A stretch of DNA of 64,000 bases from an uncultured Candidatus Saccharibacteria bacterium (lineage in GTDB: Bacteria; Patescibacteriota; Saccharimonadia; Saccharimonadales; JALRHH01): the NCBI GenBank assembly GCA_964474995.1, contig CAYYUY010000002.1, positions 35,755 through 99,754 of the forward strand. The letters run 5' to 3'. Under the pieces are notes generated by a model. The model was not told where the DNA came from. It searched no databases and saw nothing but the letters and a program-made list of their open reading frames with translations. Of the stretch, positions 57,645 to 64,000 are shown piece by piece. The position numbers and the translations under genes are program-made. Position 1 is the stretch's first letter. The number at the start of each line of letters is the position of its first letter.

Positions 57645-58673
57645 TTATAGCCCGAGTGTTGGCTGGTCGCTGCCCGGCTTTTTTCCGAGGTGTACGTAGG
57701 CCTTTGGAGTTACCTTACGACCGCGAGGTGTGCGTTCCAATAGCCCAATTTGCATCAGATATGGCTCAATAAAATCCTCAATCGTTGTACGCTCTTCTGA
57801 TGTCAGTGCAGCTAGCGTCTCCACTCCAACTGGGCCACCATTGTAGTTATCTACAATAGCATTCAATAGATGTCTATCGGCTGGGTCGAGCCCGAGCTCA
57901 TCGATCTCGAGTAACTTCAATGCATCGTGACTAATAACAGTATCGATAATGCCGTCACCATTGACGTCAGCGTAGTCGCGAACACGTTTGAGCAATCGGT
58001 TAGCAATACGAGGGGTCAGGCGAGCACGCTCAGCCAGGAGCAGCGCACCTTTGGCGTCAATGGTAACACCCAATATTCCAGCTGCTCGTTCAATAATCTG
58101 CCCAATCTGGTCATGACTATAAAATTCCAATCGATGCACATGACCAAATCGATCACGAAGTGGAGCGGCCAAGGCGCCAGTCCGTGTGGTTGCACCAATA
58201 AGTGTAAATTGCGGCAGATCAAGCCGCATACTACGCGCACTCGGGCCTTTGCCAAGCATAATATCGAGTTTGTAATCTTCCATTGCACTATACAAAATTT
58301 CTTCGACACTACGGTGAAGACGATGAATTTCGTCGATAAATAAGATGTCACCATCCTGGAGATTGGTGAGCAAGCTTGCCAGATCACCAGCGCGTTCAAT
58401 CGCTGGACCAGAAGTAATGCGAATCTGAGCGCCCATTTCGTTAGCAATCACACTTGCCATCGTCGTCTTACCAAGCCCTGGTGGCCCATACAGCAGTACG
58501 TGATCAAGTGGCTCACCGCGTTTTTTAGCGGCCGAAATTGCTAGCTGGAGGTTTTGCTTTAGCCGATCTTGACCGATGTAATTAGCAAAATCATGTGGTC
58601 TAAGCTTTATCTCAAACTCTTCTTCGACTACATCATCATTCGCCGGTGCAGTGTTTACAATTCGTTCAATCAT
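57645..58673 (-). CDS. ruvB: Holliday junction helicase RuvB
   Basis: [29 protein letters not shown] and a C-terminal winged helix. Confidence 0.95.
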   Translation of the reverse strand: MIERIVNTAPANDDVVEEEFEIKLRPHDFANYIGQDRLKQNLQLAISAAKKRGEPLDHVLLYGPPGLGKTTMASVIANEMGAQIRITSGPAIERAGDLASLLTNLQDGDILFIDEIHRLHRSVEEILYSAMEDYKLDIMLGKGPSARSMRLDLPQFTLIGATTRTGALAAPLRDRFGHVHRLEFYSHDQIGQIIERAAGILGVTIDAKGALLLAERARLTPRIANRLLKRVRDYADVNGDGIIDTVISHDALKLLEIDELGLDPADRHLLNAIVDNYNGGPVGVETLAALTSEERTTIEDFIEPYLMQIGLLERTPRGRKVTPKAYVHLGKKPGSDQPTLGL

Positions 58674-58716
58674 TACAGGTATTATAACGCAGCTGCCGGT
58701 TTACGCGGCTACGCTC

Positions 58717-59295
58717 TTACTTCTGCTTGAGGGCTAGCGTAATTCGCTGTTCAGTAGGGAGATCTGGGTCAATGTCTTTGAGTGCCAACGTAGCGTCTTG
58801 CGGAGCGTACCCGAGTGACATCAGTGCTTCGACTGCTTCGTCCTGCGTATTGATACCTGGTCGGCTTACAATGCCTTCTGCAGCATCGCCAGCAGCAAGC
58901 CCAACCTTGTCACGTAGCTCTACGACAATCTGCTCAGCAGCACGCTTGCCTACACCCTTGGCGCTTTGCAAAAGCTTCACATCGCCAGCAGCAATTGCAC
59001 CACGCACGCCAGCAGTGTTACCTATATCTAGCACCGCCAATGCCACTTTTGGACCAACATTCTTAACTCCCAAGAGTTGCTCAAATAATCTCTTGGTGTC
59101 AATTGCTACAAATCCGAAGAGGTCATAGCTCTGCTCGCGAATATGTTCGTACACATACAGTTTGGCCTGTTCGCCATTTGGCAATCGCCCATAATCTTCA
59201 GCTGTAACATACAGCCCATAACCTATACCCGCGCATTCGAGCACGACCATTGCCCCTATTTTCTCAGAAACAGTTCCCTGTAATGTTGCAATCAT
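58717..59295 (-). CDS. ruvA: Holliday junction DNA-binding protein RuvA
   Basis: MIATLQGTV start, HhH motifs (LLGVKNVGPKVALAVL, LQSAKGVGKRAAEQIV). Confidence 0.9.
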   Translation of the reverse strand: MIATLQGTVSEKIGAMVVLECAGIGYGLYVTAEDYGRLPNGEQAKLYVYEHIREQSYDLFGFVAIDTKRLFEQLLGVKNVGPKVALAVLDIGNTAGVRGAIAAGDVKLLQSAKGVGKRAAEQIVVELRDKVGLAAGDAAEGIVSRPGINTQDEAVEALMSLGYAPQDATLALKDIDPDLPTEQRITLALKQK

Positions 59296-59299
59296 GATC

Positions 59300-59791
59300 C
59301 TATTGTCTCACAGATTGAGCACAGGTGAGTGCGGCTGCTATGGCGTCAGCACAGTCGTCAGGCTTCGGCACTTCAGTAAGGCCCAATAGTACACGAACCA
59401 TTTCTTGTACTTGTTTCTTATCGGCTCGACCTTGACCGGTTACTGCCAGCTTGATCTGTTGTGGTGTGTATTCATACAGCTCCATGCCGTGCTGCTTGCC
59501 ACACAGCAGCACCACACCGCGTGCCTGTGACACGCTCATAGCAGTAGTCACATTCTGTGAAAAGAACAGTTTCTCAACAGACATAACTTGTGGCTTTAGC
59601 TCAGTAATAATTTCATGAAGCTCGTCATAAATAGTTATCAAACGATCACTATCAGGCTGATTTGCTGGCGTACGTATGACGCCAGCATCAACAAGCGTCG
59701 CTTTGCCCCGTACATCAATATCAATCACACCAAATCCCAAGATACCTGTACCTGGATCAATACCCAAAATTCTCATCGCTTTTTGCGCCAT
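59300..59791 (-). CDS. ruvC: Holliday junction resolvase RuvC
   Basis: RILGIDPGTGILGFGVI and the C-terminal DDCADAIAAAL. Confidence 0.9.
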   Translation of the reverse strand: MAQKAMRILGIDPGTGILGFGVIDIDVRGKATLVDAGVIRTPANQPDSDRLITIYDELHEIITELKPQVMSVEKLFFSQNVTTAMSVSQARGVVLLCGKQHGMELYEYTPQQIKLAVTGQGRADKKQVQEMVRVLLGLTEVPKPDDCADAIAAALTCAQSVRQ

Positions 59792-60144
59792 ATAACGATA
59801 CCGGCGTAGGTAAGAGCTGCAAAAACGAGAGTGTCGGCAACGAAACCAACTGGCTTGATGAAACTAAGATCATACACTGGCTTGATTGTTTTTTTGACAG
59901 CTCTGTCATGCGCGATATCGTTCGGAGCACACGGAATATAGTCACAGTGCATATTGGCTGGGCCGGGCGTTTTATACACTCGATTTGTTACTGGAAGCCC
60001 GTAAGATGTTTCCTTGTATAAGTAATCTGCTGTGTAGTGCTCACTCCAGGGGTGGACCAAAGAAAGTGAAAGACTCACAAAAAAACCGATAACGAGCACC
60101 GCTACAGCGCGTCTAAACACCGAGAAGCTCTTCTGGAATATCAA
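59773..60144 (-). CDS. Two-TM hypothetical protein overlapping both neighbours
   Basis: 123 aa with N- and C-terminal TM helices. It overlaps the yebC 3' end by 32 nt and the ruvC 5' end by 19 nt. Confidence 0.45.
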   Translation of the reverse strand: MIFQKSFSVFRRAVAVLVIGFFVSLSLSLVHPWSEHYTADYLYKETSYGLPVTNRVYKTPGPANMHCDYIPCAPNDIAHDRAVKKTIKPVYDLSFIKPVGFVADTLVFAALTYAGIVIWRKKR

Positions 60145-60841
60145 AGTTCACGTGCGTGGCACTGACATCATCAGATTCATCAAGTGCATCCATCAGCCGC
60201 ATAATCTTGCCGGCGGTTGCTGCGTCAGTCACTTCGATCGTAACATTCGGCACGTACGTCAGCTGCGCTTCAATAATTTCAATATTGGCTGTCTTGAGCG
60301 CGTCACGTACCTTAGCGAGTTCTTTTGGGTCCGTATAGATCAATGATTCCTCACCGTCTTCCTGGACATCATCTGCTCCGGCATCAAGGGCTTGCAGCAT
60401 TAGATCATCTCCACTACCTTTTACGCGAATAGTGCCCTTACGGTCAAACTGGAAAGCAACTGCGCCTTTTTCGGCAATATTACCACCGTGCTTGCTGAAA
60501 GCCAGTCGTACCTCTGGATATGTACGGTTTAAGTTATCGGTAGCAACCTCGACCAGTATCGCTACACCACCCGGGCCATAGCCTTCGTACAATACTTCAT
60601 GCATCTGGGCTGCATCTTTGTCTTTGGCACGATCAATCGCACGCTGAATATTAGCGGTTGGCATGTTTGCAGCCTTAGCTTTATCGACTGCAAGGCGCAG
60701 GGCAAAGTTCATATCTGGATCGGTACCACCGCGCGCTGCGAGCGCAATCGCATTACCAAGTTTGGTGAATAAAACACCGCGTTTTGCATCATTTGCGCCC
60801 TTTTGGCGCCGGATGGTTTCCCATTTTGAATGACCTGACAT
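60113..60841 (-). CDS. yebC: YebC/PmpR-family transcriptional regulator
   Basis: MSGHSKWETIRRQKGANDAKRG and full-length colinearity. Confidence 0.92.
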   Translation of the reverse strand: MSGHSKWETIRRQKGANDAKRGVLFTKLGNAIALAARGGTDPDMNFALRLAVDKAKAANMPTANIQRAIDRAKDKDAAQMHEVLYEGYGPGGVAILVEVATDNLNRTYPEVRLAFSKHGGNIAEKGAVAFQFDRKGTIRVKGSGDDLMLQALDAGADDVQEDGEESLIYTDPKELAKVRDALKTANIEIIEAQLTYVPNVTIEVTDAATAGKIMRLMDALDESDDVSATHVNFDIPEELLGV

Positions 60842-60856
60842 AAGCCGGAAATCTCC

Positions 60857-62314
60857 TTACATAGTAGATTTTATATCTGTTATTATACCACGCCTCGGTT
60901 TGAGCTTGTGGTGGCTGGTCGTTACCAACCCCAAAATAAGCCCATATACATACAGCAACCACGGGAGCGAGAGTGCGTAGTGCGACAATGCATGAGGCAC
61001 CCGCGCGAGTAGACTCGTGATATCCAACATATACGTCAGCACGAGTCGAGCAGGCCAAGCAAACCAGCCAGCAATCGCCGGAGATAACATGCCTGCCATG
61101 CCCGCGATCAGTGCCAATAACATAGCCGCAGGTACCAGCGGTACCACAACTAAGTTACTGAGTAGCGAGACGAGTGAAATCTGCTGGAATATGTATAGGA
61201 TCAACGGCAACGTCATTAACTGCGCGCACATTGTCTCAAGCAGTATTGCTCCCACGAGTCCCGGTTCTCTGCGCTTATATATTCGCTGCATAGCCAAAGG
61301 TGCCACAACCAAAACACCAAAAAAGGCAAAGAATGACAGATACCAACCAATATCGCTCCATAGATACAGCGGGCTCCAGAGGGCAGTCACGGCCGCCGTT
61401 AGACTGATGAGCAATACTGGCTTAAAGCGTCTGCCGTAATACCAAGCAGCAATACTTAACATGCTAACTATTGACGCGCGCACAATAGAAGCGCTGAAGC
61501 CAGTCATCAACAAAAATGCGCCGACGAGGGCAGCTGATAACAAAACGCTCTGGTATTTTGAGCCTTTCCGTGTCAGACGTCTGACCATTTCTACGATGAT
61601 TGTCAGGTTATACCCTGACACCGCAATAATGTGCGTTAGCCCCACGGCGGCTAATTGTTTAGCAGTTTGGTCAGGTAATCCACTTCGTTGCCCGATGAGT
61701 AAACCTAAACCAAATGAGGCTAACGGTTCAGGTAATGCATTTTGCATGCCGGCCGAGAAATTTCGCCGTATTGTATCGACAACCGTCCCGTGATGACCGC
61801 GAATCGCCAACGTCGCATAACTCACTCCACCAACCCGACCACCACGTGTGGCATAGAGTTTACCCTCCACTTGCACCACATCACCGTGATAGACCATATT
61901 CTCACCGAAGCCAGCAATCTTCAGCTTTCCAGGTAGCCGCTGGCTTAATGGCTCTATGACTTCCACATTTACCGCATCAAATGTTAGCTGTGTATTCACA
62001 CCGTACACAGCGTCCTCGTTAGCAACAACTCGCAGCACGATTTTATGCCCGTACAATGACTTATATGGTGCCAATTGCTGCATTATTGCACCGCCACGGA
62101 TAAGGCCAAGTACCAGTCCGAACACAATAGCACCTACAACCCCCAGCCACCATTTCTGGCGTGCTGCAATTACCCAAATCACCGCTACTAGTGGTAGTAA
62201 TTGCCATGGTAGCACCCAATCGAATCGACTAAGCCCAATACCACCAAGGACCGCCAAAGACAACAGAGTTAATACAGTCGTGCGCCGCAACCGAAACAGT
62301 TTCTTTGGTAGCAT
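60857..62314 (-). CDS. comEC: ComEC/Rec2-family DNA internalisation channel (no C-terminal MBL domain)
   Basis: DUF4131-like N-terminus followed by the polytopic Competence domain (GLTHIIAVSGYNLTI...). Confidence 0.8.
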   Translation of the reverse strand: MLPKKLFRLRRTTVLTLLSLAVLGGIGLSRFDWVLPWQLLPLVAVIWVIAARQKWWLGVVGAIVFGLVLGLIRGGAIMQQLAPYKSLYGHKIVLRVVANEDAVYGVNTQLTFDAVNVEVIEPLSQRLPGKLKIAGFGENMVYHGDVVQVEGKLYATRGGRVGGVSYATLAIRGHHGTVVDTIRRNFSAGMQNALPEPLASFGLGLLIGQRSGLPDQTAKQLAAVGLTHIIAVSGYNLTIIVEMVRRLTRKGSKYQSVLLSAALVGAFLLMTGFSASIVRASIVSMLSIAAWYYGRRFKPVLLISLTAAVTALWSPLYLWSDIGWYLSFFAFFGVLVVAPLAMQRIYKRREPGLVGAILLETMCAQLMTLPLILYIFQQISLVSLLSNLVVVPLVPAAMLLALIAGMAGMLSPAIAGWFAWPARLVLTYMLDITSLLARVPHALSHYALSLPWLLYVYGLILGLVTTSHHKLKPRRGIITDIKSTM

Positions 62315-62376
62315 TACGGTAATCCTTACCCGCTACTATACAACACTGTTCACACTATGAAGTACTATCTTAGCGT

Positions 62377-62643
62377 TTATCGAAGATGGTTTACAGCAAT
62401 ATTCAACATCACAACTGCACCAAGTAATCGGCGGAACCCACTAACACCGCTTCTAATTTCAAGGTACGCCCAAGTAAGCAAAAACGCACTACTCAAAAAC
62501 TGTACACCAGCCTTGAGATGAGGATCATGTATCAAATGTGTCGCTAGCATAAATAGTAGCCAGCCTAGTAGCGGCACGTTCGGTGTTTGCCAAATAGCTA
62601 CCTTGCCATGTTTATCTCGTATGAACTTCCGCAATGTATCCAT
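62377..62643 (-). CDS. Small 3-TM hypothetical membrane protein
   Basis: 88 aa with hydrophobic segments. No motif recognised. Confidence 0.45.
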   Translation of the reverse strand: MDTLRKFIRDKHGKVAIWQTPNVPLLGWLLFMLATHLIHDPHLKAGVQFLSSAFLLTWAYLEIRSGVSGFRRLLGAVVMLNIAVNHLR

Positions 62644-62704
62644 GCCTTGGACTATACGCCATATATAGCCAATAACTAGGGCTACTACGGTATATACTAG
62701 ATAT

Positions 62705-63295
62705 ATGCCCCTGCCTCCACTAGATAAGATTCGTCACGACATAATCAATGATCCAAACAACGAGCAATTCACCGCCATGGGCCATTTACCGTTATACACC
62801 GCATCAGCACACTCGAAGATTGTTATTATCGGACAAGCACCGGGAAGAAAAGCTCAAGATAGTAGTGTGCCATGGAATGATCCAAGCGGCATAAAGTTAC
62901 GGAAATGGCTCGGGGTAACTGACGAGCAATTTTATAACCCCGAATTATTTGCACTCATACCAATGGATTTTTATTACCCTGGTAAAGGAGTTCATGGAGA
63001 TCTGCCACCCCGAAAAGAATTTGCCGCAAAATGGCACCCCCAACTACTGGCCAACATGCCAGATGTAAAATTGATAATTTTAATTGGTAGCTACGCTCAG
63101 AAATATTATCTTGGCGCGCAGTCCAAAGATACACTTACCCTCACCGTACAGTCATATGAAGATTATCTTCCCACTTATTTCCCACTTGTCCACCCTTCAC
63201 CGCTCAACTTTAGATGGCTATCCAAGAATCTGTGGTTCGAGAGTCAACTTGTACCCGTTTTACAAACGGTTGTATCAACAATAATTACCGTGTGA
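62705..63295 (+). CDS. Uracil-DNA glycosylase superfamily protein
   Basis: IIGQAPGRKA (motif A) and VHPSPLN (motif B). Confidence 0.65.
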   Translation: MPLPPLDKIRHDIINDPNNEQFTAMGHLPLYTASAHSKIVIIGQAPGRKAQDSSVPWNDPSGIKLRKWLGVTDEQFYNPELFALIPMDFYYPGKGVHGDLPPRKEFAAKWHPQLLANMPDVKLIILIGSYAQKYYLGAQSKDTLTLTVQSYEDYLPTYFPLVHPSPLNFRWLSKNLWFESQLVPVLQTVVSTIITV

Positions 63296-63300
63296 TTGGG

Positions 63301-64000
63301 CTAGATACAAGAATGGTTGTGATCCAATCCTTTTTGAACATACTGTGTCAGTGAAATATACCCACCAAATGTAAGTGGCGCTACGTCACAGTTGCTCTTG
63401 GCAATCGATAGACTCGTTCCACTTGGTCGCCAGTTTGCAAGACCATTGAGATTACTATCAGTGCCCACTGTGTTGCCTGTTATTTCTAACCATTGTGCAG
63501 CGGTTGAGTACAAGCCAACAGACGCGCCCTTTGACTGATAGTACTTCGCAAACCCCTCGATAGCTGCAGTATTGCGCGCAAGTGCCTCTGTAGAGCCTGA
63601 TTGCCATGAATTCATTGTCTCCACATCGAGCCACCACGTGTAGGCCGAAGCTGATTGACTGATCCCTGATTTTTCGGCCGCTGGGGCAAAACGGTCTAGA
63701 TTGGCTTCGACCGACCGATTCCAGCCGTACTGCCAAGAACAAGCCATATCATTTGCTCCTGTGCAAATTCCATACGGATTAATACCTGAGGTATCAAATC
63801 CGGTTTTATCTATATTATTTGTGGGCCACGTCGTAATTTGAGAGATGACTTCTCCTGGATTGGCTGTATTAACATACAGCTGGACTGGTGGCTGTAAGGA
63901 GCCAACTTTTGATTTATTTGCCCATATGAGCTGTTCTGCAAGACAAGGATTAGTGGTCGCGGCTGTACCGCCGTTTACACCAACAATACCAAAGTACTGC
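63301..64000 (-). CDS. DUF1906 / Rv2525c-like glycoside-hydrolase-fold protein, 5' end beyond the window
   Basis: The frame stays open from 63747 to the window edge (hand-translated ...QYFGIVGVNGGTAATTNPCLAEQLIWA...). YTWWLDVE and VGLYS blocks are typical of the family. Confidence 0.55.
   Translation of the reverse strand, partial: QYFGIVGVNGGTAATTNPCLAEQLIWANKSKVGSLQPPVQLYVNTANPGEVISQITTWPTNNIDKTGFDTSGINPYGICTGANDMACSWQYGWNRSVEANLDRFAPAAEKSGISQSASAYTWWLDVETMNSWQSGSTEALARNTAAIEGFAKYYQSKGASVGLYSTAAQWLEITGNTVGTDSNLNGLANWRPSGTSLSIAKSNCDVAPLTFGGYISLTQYVQKGLDHNHSCI

Noticed and set aside
58016-58447. 143-aa ORF in an alternative frame on the same strand as ruvB, and 57927-58343 antisense to it
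   Set aside because: RuvB is unambiguous over this whole interval, and both overlapping ORFs lack motifs and start signals.

Overview
This 64-kb window looks like part of a reduced, monoderm-type genome of the Patescibacteria/CPR kind. Its gene content most resembles Saccharibacteria. That assignment is inferred from gene content alone; no database search was possible. The conserved backbone includes glyA, murB, a MurA-like gene, rny, recA, recX, ruvABC, yebC, tsaB/tsaE and comEC. It also carries a complete secretin-less type IV pilus block (pilB, pilC, four pilin-like genes, pilMNO). Hand-counted GC in a 100-bp backbone sample is about 54%. Three accessory regions interrupt the backbone. (1) Positions 1-6167 are the right part of an integrated element that ends in a large serine recombinase (LSR). 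The 3' end of that LSR gene runs antisense through tRNA-Arg(TCG). (2) Positions 12.2-22.7 kb are a surface-adhesion locus. It holds a sortase, a 1550-aa multi-repeat adhesin with an LVNTG sorting signal, an FN3-like protein, and a csc-like set of two WxL-like proteins plus a DUF916/DUF3324-like protein fused to LysM. (3) Positions 28843-38169 are a ~9.3-kb island bounded by a 13-bp direct repeat of the tRNA-Pro 3' end. A second LSR there again reads antisense through the whole tRNA. Its AT-rich cargo (about 37% GC in a sample) contains what I consider the best candidates for undescribed defence-type systems. One is an excisionase-like/HEPN(Rx4H)/7-TM operon. Another is a translationally coupled TM-anchored protein plus HEPN pair. 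The third is a 2TM-HNH nuclease. The island's left end also carries a ~60% GC tandem-HTH gene that looks foreign. The tRNA cluster (His, Arg-TCT, Gly, plus Arg-TCG and Pro at the islands) is unusually scarred. It shows short duplicated tRNA 5' segments 116-122 bp upstream of three tRNAs, joined to a shared junction motif. It also shows a duplicated tRNA-His 3' end enclosing what looks like a gutted island-2-like left end. Other oddities are an HTH-MurA fusion, a sortase-like protein lacking catalytic His and Cys, a half-length TsaB, a lamin-tail-domain protein with a lysine/alanine-rich tail, and several palindromic or nested repeat elements. All domain calls rest on motifs read by eye, so confidences are set accordingly.
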